Origin: Narcine bancroftii
Taxonomy: Eukaryota
Length of the DNA stretch: 64,000 bases
Direction of reading: 5' to 3'
Assembly: GCF_036971445.1 (NCBI RefSeq)
Contig: NC_091472.1
Location: 270,940,001 to 271,004,000 of the forward strand
Position 1 is the first letter of the stretch. Each line of letters begins with the position of its first letter. Positions 51,488-64,000 of the stretch are shown piece after piece. The translations under genes and the position numbers were made by a program. The notes beneath the pieces are model-generated. The model saw only the letters and a program-made list of their open reading frames with translations, was not told where the DNA came from and ran no database searches.

Positions 51488-52858
51488 TATACATTAAAAC
51501 AAACGTTTCGTCCTTTGAGGCAGTCAATTATTTAATTTGGTTTCGGTTCTTCCCCTCTATAAATGGACCATTGCAGTCCTGAGACGGAACAAATGTCAGG
51601 GTGCCAAGTCCAAGAGTGCACAAACAACTTCCGATATTTGGCTTGCTGTGGAAGAAAATTCATTATGTTATGGATCTTAATTGTGCAAGTTAAAAAAAAA
51701 GGATGTAATTAAGCCATGATGTAATAAAAAAATTAATGTTTCTGGTTTTATCAAACTGGTTTATTGACCACCTAGTGAGAGAAAAAGATAACAAAAACCC
51801 ATTCTGGATTTGTTGGATGGTTTAGTTGTTAGCTAAGGGAACTTTTACTGATCTGGCTTTTCTGACTATGGTTTCATGTTTTTTTCTCTGAGAAGTTTCT
51901 TTGAAACTAAAGAAATGAACGCAAGAAGCAAAATAAATCATTATTGTTGCTCTCTTGTTGAATTAGCAGGTAAGGATGCTGCTCAGTATGATACATAGGC
52001 CTTAAACTCCCAGATTCGACCAACAGGTTCGATCCAATGGAACCAAGGGATGAGAAAGAAACAGCCCTAACTCAGAAAAACATTCAGAAATCCTCCACTG
52101 AAAATGAATGGTCTGGACATTGGTTGAGATCAAGTGATGACTGAATTTTGATTGACACAGTGAATGCATACAGAACTATTCTCCCATGAAACAATGCCTT
52201 ACTAAGAGGAGAGAGAAAAACTGAAGAGTGCCAAAAGGGGTGAAGAAAAACAACTAAATCAATAGTCTCCAATAATAAAAATGAAGAGATTGGATGTTTC
52301 TGAAGTTAGTGGACATTAATTGGGCATACATTTTGATGTTAATATCTTAAAATACTGAAGAAACTGAATACAATATTATGAAACATTGTATTGCCCATTT
52401 AACTGTATGCATTACCAAATTCAACTGCAATCCATTGCAAATGTGTTATGTATAAAACTTAATGAACGATGGAAAGTTGAAAGTAAAATCAATATAAAAC
52501 TGTTTGCTTTGTGTAAAAATCCTCAATCATGCTTAGAAAAAATTGGATGAGATTGTCCAAATGAAAGTTTTACTATGAACTTCCAGTCAATATTTTCATT
52601 TTAGGTAGAGGCTTTTGATAATCGTTGTTTACTTAACCAGTTTATAATAACTATTGTTGACATCTGAAGGGCCCTTCAAAAGTTCATTTGGATTCATAAA
52701 ATGAATGTTGGTGTGACCATTACAGCTGTATAGTCACCAAAAGTCTGGACAAAAGACAGTATTTTTGTCTTTGACTTGAGGTCATGTAAAAAAAAAATTA
52801 ATTCCTTTCCACATTTTTAGAAGAAATCAAGCCATTCCATTTTTTTTAATGAATATTT

Positions 52859-52875
52859 AACACTAGAGGGTGCTC
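52859..52875 (+). promoter_or_regulatory. candidate CTCF site
   Basis: aacactagagggtgctc resembles CCACYAGRGGGCRC; motif match only. Confidence 0.4.
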
Positions 52876-54064
52876 AGTAATTGCACCAACAGTCAGTTCC
52901 TCTTTACAATGCCTGTTGACTGGATTTTAAAAAAATTAAATTTTTAACCGGAAAATTGTTCTTGAAGATTGATTAACCAGATTACTTTTTCTCCTTTATC
53001 GATTCATTGTTTCGTCATTTCAGTCTTGTTCTCGTCCATCAAATTATTTGATCATTCAAAATTAAGCAATGGGCAAAGACAGCTTTATTTCAGCTGTTAA
53101 TTCTACAGAAAGCATCAGCATTTCTTCTGAAATTTCCATCAAGTGATATCTATTTATTTTCCTTGGAGCCACACAGATTGGATCAACTCTTGTGCAATTT
53201 TACTTCAATGGCTCTTTAATTTGACTTAAATATTCCAAAGAAATATTGAAATAATAGACGGAGCAATCAAAGGAAGTACTTTCACATTTAACATTATTCC
53301 ACAGCTATGATTGTGGACTTTCATGTTCCAAAGGAAGGTAATTTCCTTTTGTTGATCCTTTGTTGAGCCAAATTTAAATTTGCAATGGTCTTTGGAATCC
53401 ACAAGCATAAAAGTATTTTAAACACATTTTTATGCAAATTGCCATGCAGTAATTCGACCAAACTAGGCCACAGTCCTGTCACTGACCTTGCCAAAGCTGT
53501 TGAGGAAAATTAAACACCACATTTTTGAGAAGATAGTTCTTTGAAAGTATTTATTTATACATTATTTTTAATAGTTGAGCAAAGTTATCAAAACTGTCTT
53601 TACTTAATCCACCCAATGCATCTTAAAGTCACTCGATTCTAAACACATTATCCTACTAATAATAACTCACAATAAAATGTTGGCGTATTAGTCAGTAGAT
53701 GGCTCTGCAGCTTTGAACTAAATACACTCTAATCTACTTTGCTGCTGAGCAGTTTTAATTTCACAGTTCCACATTAAATTCTGACAGACCTCATCTTCCT
53801 TGTGTTTGGTGTCAGAAAAAAGACCATTCCTCTCAATTTAAACTTTAAAGAATGCTGAAGCAACTCATCGTATTTGATTGCAATTTCTTCAAATGTTTTC
53901 TTATGCTAATTATTGAACCTGTTTATGCTCTTCCCACACAGTCTATGATGGACTCACCTTTTTACACTCAAATATTTGACCATTCTGTGGTGCAGATGCA
54001 GCTGCTTAAACAACCACTATGTTTTATTTATCAAAGAAATTTTAACGGTATTTTTCAAAGTAAA

Positions 54065-54525
54065 TGAGTCACAGTCACGCAAACACAACAGCTTTGGCCC
54101 ATCAAGGGACTCCTGACAGCCGACACCCAGCTTCACTCTACCCTGCAAATCCTGTTTTGTTCTCCTTACAGTCCTATCAATTTAGTGAGATCCAATCCTC
54201 ACCTCAAATCTAGGGGCAACTTATTAACCAACATGCATAGGGGATGTGGGAGCAAAGTGGAGTATCACAGGGAAAAGAAACGGAACACAGATTGGAGAGG
54301 TGAGACGAGCGTGATTGCCTCTGGTCAGGGAAGCGTGTTTTGGAAACCAGAACATCGAGTGTATTTAAGACAGAGATTCTTGGCTCTTGATTAGCCAGGG
54401 AATCAAAGGTTTTGGGGAGAAGGTCAGGCAGTGAGAAAATAGAATAGCTCATGATTAAATGGGAGGGCAGACTTGATGGGCTGAATAGGTCTTATGGTCT
54501 TAAAACTCTACTGTCTGCACCACAG
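54065..54525. mobile_element. minus-strand SINE remnant with a plus-strand CR1 3' end (about 54345-54502)
   Basis: ggatgtgggagcaaagtggagtatc reverse SINE core; gatgggctgaatagg..tcttatggtctta CR1 tail. Confidence 0.65.
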
Positions 54526-54859
54526 TGTTGAATATTCCATTCAAAACACAAGGAGCATGAAGTGTTAACCATTACTTTCAAAGAATAAAGAGAAGAAAAC
54601 CTGGTGGGATTATGTTCCAGATGGAATCCCTTACTATTCATAAAATCACAAACAGGTTATAAAACAAATGAAAGAGATGACTGGAAATATTTATTTAATG
54701 GAAATAGAAAAAGGTATTGAATAACAGAGCATCAGAAGTGAATTTAAAAAAAGTGTTGCTGTGAACATAAATAATTCTGAGGAAGTCAAATGCCTGTAAA
54801 TATTAGTATGCCCTAAAGGGCGTGCTAGAATAGTATGCATGCAATGAGATGTCTCAGTG

Positions 54860-57050
54860 AATTTTCATTTCAAAATAAATTTCATTAACAGTAAAAATAG
54901 ATATACATTACTCAGTCTTTTCAAATTTGCTGTGTCCTGTTCACAAAGGAAAATTTTGGTGTCATATTCGTTTGTGCATTGTTATTTATACATTGTGACA
55001 TTAACTGTTTATAGCACCATTGGCATAAGTGTGGCTCCCCAGGGGCTTCTTTGCCTTCTGTGGTTTGAGGAGCACATCTTACCCCTCAATATCTGGTAGT
55101 GGACTCTAGACTGTATACACAGAGCTCTTGCATTGGCTGCACCAAGCCTCAGGGAATCCCTCAGCACATATCCTTCAACCTGAAATGTGCCAGTCCGCAG
55201 CATTCCCTCACTAATATCTCACTGTGCTGGAAGACCAACAGGTTTCAGGGAGATCAAGGAGCATCCTTCATCAATGATCTTCTAGCAGCAATGGATGTCT
55301 GTCTCTATGTGCATCCCTGGGAACAGCCCATAAATCACAGAGTTCTCTGTTATGCTATTGCTGGGGATGAACTGTGACAAGGACCCTTTGCTTCATTCTC
55401 CAAATACTCTTCATAAATCTACAGTCTGCAAAGAGGTGGGCATCTCAAGGTCAATGAGTGTTGGGGATGATATTCCATCAGCACAGGAAAGATCTGACCA
55501 GGAGGGCTCCTCTCACTGGCAGCTAGGCCAGGTCCTCTGCTTATAAGTGACTTTTGATTATCAGGCATCTTTCCAGATGATCTGGAACTACCCCATCATA
55601 CCCATCGGGTTCTTGTCTGCAAGACATTCCATGCTTTGCTACATCTGGGACACATAGAATCTCAACTGTAAGCACCACTTGGTGCCCTCATACTTTGGTT
55701 TCATACACAGCCTGATGCAGCCACACACAAGGATGGTCATCAAGATGAGAGACCCTTGCCCCTGTTCTCAAATGACTTGTACATGGCCAACCATTGAACC
55801 TGTTCCATTTTAGATCTCCAGATTAACTTGATGGCAGCTCGGGATATGTTTAGGGCGGCAATGTGAGATTTGGGCCACACCTGCACCAAGAACTCCAGCC
55901 CTGAGAGCATCTTTCATTTGTTAAGCAGATTCTTCCCTGTTATTGAGAAGGAGGGCCATTTCATCAGTCCCGATTTCTTGAGGACCTTGAATATCCACTC
56001 TGATCAAATTTACTTGCACACCTTATCCCCTCCAAATCAGATCCCCAGCACCTTCAAGCAGTCAGACCTGATTGTGAAGGGGATGGTGAATTGATCAGAC
56101 CAGTTACTGAAGAGATTTGCATCACTCTTTTGATTAATCCTGCCAACTACTGCCAACTCAAACTGGCCACAGATGCTGGTCAGCCTGCAAATTGATTGTG
56201 GTTCTGAGCAGAAGGCAGTGACATCATTCACGTACAGGGAGGCTTTGACCTTGGTGCCTGCAGTGCCTCGTAACATGTTATGCTCTTGTCAAGATTCAGC
56301 CATGCACTTCCTGCAGCACACAAACAAGACAGGAGAGATCAAGCAATCCTGCCTAACTCCAGGTTTGATGGGGAAGCTAACTCTTTATCACCCATTAGTT
56401 TGGACTGCACTATAGGTATCGGTGTAGTACAGTTGAATCCAATTTCCTTCCCAAAGTATGTTCAGCTTCAATTTGTGTGAAATTCTGTTGAAAGCCTTCT
56501 CTTGGTTCAAGCTGACCAGGCTGTCCACTCTCCTTTCCTATGCATAGACTATGTATCTCTGAGCTGACAAATGCAAGACTGTCAAAGATTTGCCTACAAA
56601 AGCACAAATTTAATCTGGCTAGATCACCTGTCCCAGATCAGACTTGACTCACTGGGAAATGACCTTGGACAGGATGCTGCAATCAATGTTTAACAATGAT
56701 CTGGATCTCTAATTGCTGATGTTCTCCTTCTGTTTGTAAATGATGGCGATTGATGCCCTTCCTCATGGAGTCTGACGTACTGCCGGTTAGAAGCATAGTA
56801 TGGTGCACTTCCAGTAGGTCCGGACCTATCCAGTCCCACAGAGCCGTGTCCCACTCATCTGGTAAGCCATCATTTCAAGGAGTTTTATTTGACTCAATGG
56901 AGCAGGTGGAGCCAGTCAGCTCTTCCAAGGTCAGTGGCTGATCCAGACTCACCTATGCTGCCGTCGAAGCCATTCACTTCTGTGTGGGCAATGTGTACAC
57001 ATTGATCATTCAGAGACGGCCATGAGGAGACATTCCCCTTCCTCAACTAT
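54860..57050 (-). mobile_element. Tx1-clade LINE, degenerate
   Basis: GVRQDCLISPVLFVCC, VKASLYVNDVTAF, LKVLGI and YVLRDSLRLGAANARA on the minus strand. Confidence 0.85.
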
Positions 57051-57692
57051 CACTTTATTTTCAGTAGTGGTGTTCCATAATTGCAGCATTATTTGACAGT
57101 TTGAAATAGTGCATCATATAATTTTATTCAATTAAAAATCTTTTGTTCTACATGAAGAGGATTTGCAAAAAGAAAATCTGTCAGTGCTGACATGCTTATC
57201 AAGAATATATATTGCATGTTGCACTATGATTTAAAAAGTATAGCATGAATAATCTATTCACCAACACAGTTTATAGATATTTCAACAAAAATCATCGACA
57301 TTGGAGAAATTCAAATTGCCTTTATGATAAATTGTCACTCTATGCTTTTTTTTCTATAAGGGTTCTGTTGGTATAGTGCTGTCGAGAAAGGAACTGTAAA
57401 ATGCTGGGAAATTCATAGCACCACTGATATGTGTCGAACATTAAAGCAAAAATATTGTGAGTTTCTAATGGTCTGATATGCAGAAGTGATCTCTCATAAT
57501 TAGCCAATAAGAAGTGAGTTAAAATCAATTTTAAAATTAAGTTAAACACACTTTAAATCAAATTGTAATCTAAAGACATGAAAAATAAAACAGCAATGAA
57601 GTTTCTGTTCATATTTGCAAATGGGGGCTGCATCATTCAAAGAAAATAGCCATTTAACCCTATAGATCTCCTTCATTTCGCACAATTATATT

Positions 57693-57848
57693 NNNNNNNN
57701 NNNNNNNNNNNNNNNNNNNNNNNNNNNNNNNNNNNNNNNNNNNNNNNNNNNNNNNNNNNNNNNNNNNNNNNNNNNNNNNNNNNNNNNNNNNNNNNNNNNN
57801 NNNNNNNNNNNNNNNNNNNNNNNNNNNNNNNNNNNNNNNNNNNNNNNN
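57693..57848. other. assembly gap, 156 N
   Basis: Run of N. Confidence 1.
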
Positions 57849-58404
57849 ACAATATATCCTAGAATAAAAATTAACATTGTAATTGTCAATAAACAACTTG
57901 AATCTCTTGTTCCTACATATTAAAAAAAACAAAAGAAAAAATCTGTAACCAACTTATCCAAAATCTATACCCCCTTAAACTAAAGAAAAAGAGAAAAAGA
58001 GAAAAAAAAACACTGGGATAACTTAAACCACCAAAAGAGTAAGTGTAATGCTTCATTGGGGAATTGCATTATATGTAAATAAGTAAATTCAGCAAGAGAC
58101 TACAAATGCTTCGTATGTTACATAAAAAAATAGTAAACAACTGTATTATTAATTTATGTCATTTGTCTTACAGGTTTTCTTTTTGTTTATCATCTGGAAA
58201 TTTAAAATAAACTCATTCTTTCATGATGGGCAGATGACTCCGTTGCTGAGAAAGGGAGTAGTCTTTCATCTCGTCAGTGTTAGTTGTTTGAACCCTAGTT
58301 CCAAACATGAAAGGCAATCTCTCACATAGAGCTTCACCCCACTGCATGAAAACAATAGATATACAAAGAACAAATTAAAAACTATCTGAAATAAAACAGA
58401 CAAT

Positions 58405-59200
58405 CCAAAGTTCAATGTTCCTTTTATTGCCATGAAATAATATATAAAAGTATAATATACATGATAGACTTTAAATTTTGTCTGCCATAAGGAAAACTAA
58501 GAGTCACCTTGAGCATTACCTGATACCTCTAACAATAAGAGAAAGAGAAGCAAAAGGGAGTCCTTTCAGAGACAATGAGTGTCTGTGAATTTGCCTCCAA
58601 TGCTCCCATAGCCTCTTCAGCCACAAAGACTCTGATACATCCATTGGCAACCTAAGTTCCAGGTCCAAACCTCAGATACTTCAGTAAACCTTCAGTATCT
58701 GAGGCCATTTTGGAATCCCTTCTTGCCTTCAGCACTCTCTTGAATCTGGTTTCAATATCTGGTTTCCATGAGCCAGATACTAGCAGCCTGTAGCCTGTGT
58801 GAGCCCTTCAGCCATAAGTCACCAGCACCCCACAGCTTGTGACGAGCCTTCAGTTGCTGAGCCCCTTGCTGCTCTGCTGCTATGTTCTCCTTTCCTGTAA
58901 GGTTGTCTTCCATGCTTCTTCTTCTCAACAGTAGGGTTGGGAGGCATGTTCTCTCTGCTTCTGGTACCCTGCACCAGCCTGTTCCTCCTCCAGAGTCTGC
59001 AACCCCTCATAGTTCGCTGCCCAGCACAGACATTACCATTTAGGCATAGATCTTGACAGTTGCTGGGTTAAACAAATAAATAATATGGCTCTTTTAACAG
59101 GCCCTTTAAAGTCTGCATTGAGCTGTCGATGGGAAGTAGGATCTTGTGGAGGATCACTGTGTGTCCATTCCCAACTCTCCTGGCTCCACACCAATGTTGT
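58405..59200 (-). repeat. unclassified non-coding interspersed repeat, copy 2
   Basis: Colinear with 27395-28040. Confidence 0.75.
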
Positions 59201-59759
59201 CCACTAACATTGGTGATGTAAGAAAGATATGTTAAGGTAATGTATTGTAAATGCTCTATTTGAACTGATTTTGGAGAGGTTAGATGCAAATTCTGACACC
59301 TCACATCTCAACCTAATGCTTATATTACACATATAAGACAGTTTTCTTAATATTTATTATTGCTGTCTGATAACATGGTCTGATTATATTCTTGTTTTCT
59401 GTGTGTGAAATAAATGCCATTGCCTGCTCCCATTTATTACATTGGGCTCACTGTTATTGTCATGGAAACATGGAGAACAGAATCAGACCATTTTGCCCCT
59501 AGTGTCTGTATCGCCCAAAAAAATACTAATCCCATTCATAAAAACTGAATCCATACTTTCCAATGCCTCAGTGATTCTAATGCTCATCTAAGTACAATTT
59601 TAATAGTTTACTATTGTTTGTAAAATAGTATTATTGTATAGAGAATCATGAATGGGGATTATGAAGAAAGGAGTTTGCCTTCATTTATTATGCCACTCCA
59701 TATTTTCCCAGAACTTCTGTGATTCTTTGCCATTCATTCCCACTTAGAAATGTGGATAG

Positions 59760-60028
59760 TGTGGCACTCTGAGGAGCTGAAGAAAATCACAGCCACCACA
59801 CCGATGGTCGATTACGACTGTTTTTATTCAAATTCCACGCATCCCTTTAAGGGCAGCATGAGCTCAGTCACCTGGTGCATTGTGATATCGTAATCGCTGC
59901 CCAGGGCACACGCTGGAAGGGATGCTGGAGTCTAGAAGAAACCCCTGATGATGCCATCTCCTAATGGCTGCCTCACCACGTGGCGATACAAGCGGGGCCA
60001 GTTCGCCATTTGGCTGTGCACCGCCACA
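59760..60028 (-). mobile_element. solo LTR, 269 bp, Gypsy-like
   Basis: tgtggc...gccaca inverted ends, 4-bp TSD atag/atac, CpG-rich, minus-strand aataaa near 59823. Confidence 0.8.
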
Positions 60029-62929
60029 ATACTTCAATAAAATTGTTCTGCCTCACTAAATTGAATGCTTATCACTTTTTAATCTGAACTTAACTAAGTC
60101 TTAAGACTTCCTACATTTATAAGTAATGATACTGCTGAACCCCGGTTACCTTGGTCAAACTTTGAATTCGTGCTCTAAAAACAGCCCCCTTTAAACAATT
60201 GGCCTAAGTTAATTTGTTTAGTTCCTTGGACAACTTAACTCCAGGAAGATTTGCATCTTTTCAGTGAGTTGATAATAACAACTTTACTCACAGTTTAAAA
60301 TTGAATGAAATAATCACCTTTTAAAATCATGAAACATCCTAAATTGTAAACAGCAGCATGAAAGAAGAATGAGACATGTCTTAATAAGATGGGAGAAAGT
60401 TCATAAAAAAGCAAATTCAAGTTTATCGACAAGTATGTGGTGTGAAAGTTTATTTTGCTAGCAACTCATCTAGACAACTCATACATAGTCCAGCAACAAA
60501 AACACAGTAAGGAATACAGAGTTGCAGAGAGTGATCAGTTAGAATAGAGCAGAGTCAATATTATTTTTCTAGTGCAGGAATAACAAATGTAAATATAGAC
60601 AGACTTATTGGTCTTTAAAATGCATTAAAGACTAATTTCCTTATAGAGAATCTATCTGTCAAGGTGCTTTCTAGGAAAAGCAGCTTTGAGGCAGTTTAAA
60701 TTGCTCCACTATGAGCCACCTTGTCCAGCCATTTCGGGAAAAGGAGACAAATGCTGAAAGCAGCTGAAAACTTCCAGGTCAGCAGGTTTTAACTAAATAT
60801 CCATGCTAAATGGTTGTAATAAAATGGCCACCCAATTCTAATGCTAAAAAAAATCTAATTCTAATTTGAAAAGTTAATGATGCTGAGATCAGCATGCTCG
60901 TTGCCTAAAAGTACACTCAAAAAATATTGATGATGGTTTTGTATGGAAATGTGGTCCATTCACTTTATTACATGCAATTGACATAATGATAAACAATCAA
61001 TGCTCTGATTGTCATAAATTGGGCCTTGCCAAAGTAGCAACATTGCCTGATTAATCAGACAAGTGTAATAAACACTTACGGCAAGAATAATTTCAGAATA
61101 AGAAAAACAAATAATTTACTCTGCTATTTAAGATCAAGGGTGATTTTGTAACATCTGCATTTATATTGTGATGGAGGGAAAGAAAATATTTAGTCTGGGC
61201 ATTGTTCTTTATGAAATGAGTTGATGTGTTTTCAAGGCATCACTTTTATCTGGTATTTGAAAATTGATAGTAGCCCCATTTACACTAAAATAAATAGATT
61301 AATAACTTCAACCACACACTTAAAGTGATGGTGAATATATTTGTTCTCCAAATGCATGCATAACTGGCAGGAATGCATTAATTTGTAATGGTAAGATGTT
61401 GGTTGTCCTTCTGTCTTAATACTTACTGTTTTGACAATTTATCCAGCCTGATAGAGCTCTTCAAAGTACATTAAGAGTCAACTATATCCATAAATACATT
61501 AACTATTTCTATTCTTTCTGCAATTTCAGACTATGCCGATTATTTAACTATATGCTGTTAATTGTGGCAACATCACATGAATATCATTTTGGCATTTAAT
61601 GAGTCACATTTTTAACAAGCTGTTATAATTTAAATTAGAAAGATAGATGCATCGATATGACCAATTTTGAATTAAAATATTACTTTTGTGACTGTATATT
61701 AACATTTTTTCTGTCAGTTATAGCTATTCCTGCAAAAAATACATGTCACGACATTTCAACTCTAATGTAAAATTGTCGCTATTTGCTATTACTAACCAAA
61801 AATAAATTTCTTATAAAAAGCATATTCACGAGTCAGCTGAGAGGGAGCTCTTCACCAATATAAAATGTATCTCCCATTGGGATGATGGTGACCATTTTGT
61901 GCGTCATGTATTGGACTGATCAGAGTTGGACATAGATTTGGTGCTGTTGTTTTCACATTCCTTTAAAGGTACTGACCTGAAACTGGGAAATACAGCACCA
62001 CAATAACATTATCCCGACTTTTGTGAATTTCTGGTCCTGAAAGCTTTGCAAAACAGGAGATTAGATCATCAGTCCTATTAATAACAGGGTTCTGGCTCCT
62101 TAACCTGCAATTTGTTATGTATCAATGGTTTGAAGTGATTAAAATACCACCACAGAAGCTGAAATTCTTGGAATTAAATACCTGGCTTTCGAGTGATGAT
62201 TTTTACCAATGATTGAATGCAATGATTGAACAGTAAAAGTTCATCACTTGAGTTATTTCCTGACAATTCTGAATTAATGCACTTTAAAAAATGGCAAATT
62301 GTGCTTTATTATAGATACTTCAAAAGAATAATTTTCTGTTAATGTCTGTAATTTTGCTATCTGTGTAATATATCTTAAAGGTATGCTTTTTTGGGGGGCC
62401 TACATCCACTAATGGAGCTTGCATGTTGTCCGGTTGAGGCCAATACACCTCATTTCATTTTGATGGCCATTTCTATACTTCTGGGTTCAGACTAAAGAAA
62501 TCAAAAGTGAATTAATTTTGAGATTCGATGCTCCTGTACTATAAGCCTTCTTTAGTTTTGAAGGGACAAAAAGGAGATTCTGCCTTGCAAATTATTGAAG
62601 GAAACATTATAAGGGGGAAATTATAAATAGGGACTATTAGAAATCCTCAAGGTTTTCATTTCCATTACCATATTTTTTGCTTTCTTTTGTTCTTTTTTCT
62701 GGTTTTGCTCACATATGTCAACCCTAATATGTAAAATTGGCTTTAATATATTTTTCAACAATTTGTAGACCTGAACCACTACCTCAGGCAAGTTTAGATG
62801 ATCTGCAGTTCTGGAAACATTTTAGATAATGATCTGTCAGTCACTATTACTCTTCCCCTCTCCGTTTTGGCATTCTCACCAAATTGCTTAAGATAAAAAA
62901 AACATTGCATATTATTCATATTCTTTATC

Positions 62930-63580
62930 CTGATGAGGTCTACACGAGAGCTTCAGAGATGTCTTACTTTTCCTTCACAGCAGTTTCCCTTCCACCAGAC
63001 TTGACATGACTGTTAACTGTGCCTGATCTATTTTTAGATTTCCTCTTGCCTCTCTCCTGACCCTTATCCTTTCGGATTCTTCTTGACCTCACCATCAACC
63101 CCGCCTGCTACCACTTTCAACAGATAATTTTTACTGTCATCTTCAATGAGACATCATCACCAGGCACATCTCTTCCCCCTCCCCTTCCCTCAACCAACAT
63201 TCTGAGGAGATCATGGCTTCTGCCAACACTCTTCCAGTTCTCAAGTTATATTCCCATGTAACTGCAGAAGATATAACACTTAACTCTCTATCTCTTCGTT
63301 TCTCATTCAACAAATGGATTTCTATAGAGTCCCATATTTGGTCTCCATTATTTCAGAATTCAAGCACAGATTGGATGATCACTTTTCAGAGATTCTCCAT
63401 TCAGCCTGCAAAAATAGCTATGAGCTTCTTGTTGCCCATCACTTGAAATCTCCATCTCATTCCCATTGACCTATCTTTAGCTGCTAAGACCATTCCAACA
63501 AAGTACAAGTTAAGCTGGAGGATCAGAAACTGATCTTCCATTTAGGCATATTACAGGTATCAGAACTCAATATTTTTAGA
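62930..63580 (+). mobile_element. Penelope-like fragment, decayed
   Basis: acatcatcaccaggcacatc, gatcatggcttctgccaacactct and aagctggaggatcagaaactgatcttcc are homologous to the minus-strand element at 33250-33800. Confidence 0.7.
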
Positions 63581-63647
63581 TCAGTGCCTCTTTCAGTTTG
63601 TGCAGAGCTGGGCAAATTCAACTGAAAAATTATTCATCTATAAGGTC

Positions 63648-64000
63648 TTTACCTATCTCGGCTGCACCATTTCATCGGATGCAAGGATCGACAACGAGAT
63701 AGACAACAGACTCGCCAAGGCAAATAGCGCCTTTGGAAGACTACACAAAAGAGTCTGGAAAAACAACCAACTGAAAAACCTCACAAAGATTAGCGTATAC
63801 AGAGCCGTTGTCATACCCACACTCCTGTTCGGCTCCGAATCATGGGTCCTCTACCGGCATCACCTACGGCTCCTAGAACGCTTCCACCAGCGTTGTCTCC
63901 GCTCCATCCTCAACATTCATTGGAGCTATTTCATCCCTAACATCGAAGTACTCGAGATGGCAGAGGCCGACAGCATCGAATCCACGCTGCTGAAGAGCCA
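63648..64000 (+). mobile_element. young RTE LINE, runs off the window edge
   Basis: Near-identical to 18724-19076 (FTYLGCTISSDARID...). Confidence 0.97.

Noticed and set aside
57660-57932. ORFs spanning N bases
   Set aside because: Artefacts of the assembly gap.

Overview
AT-rich, repeat-dense vertebrate DNA, most likely from a cartilaginous fish (inferred from the mix of CR1, Rex1/Babar-like, RTE, Tx1/L1, V-SINE/HE1-like and Penelope-like repeats). I found no convincing host protein-coding exon, tRNA or rRNA gene; the recognisable ORFs are transposon remnants, so this looks like a large intron or gene desert. The main structure is a four-level nest at about 11.2-20.7 kb: a Tc1 transposon is cut by a BEL/Pao LTR retrotransposon, which carries two L1 insertions with visible target-site duplications (TSDs), one of which holds a young RTE. 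The BEL Gag starts with a clear SAP domain. Other points of note are Penelope-like remnants with minimal hammerhead ribozyme cores and an inverted pseudo-LTR beginning at the predicted cleavage triplet, two solo LTRs, three TA-flanked MITEs, a young CR1 with one nonsense codon, four near-identical RTE copies, an unclassified repeat pair, and several repeat-free blocks that resemble conserved enhancers. An assembly gap lies at 57693-57848. Boundaries of degenerate repeats are approximate, and family names come from recognised motifs, not database searches.
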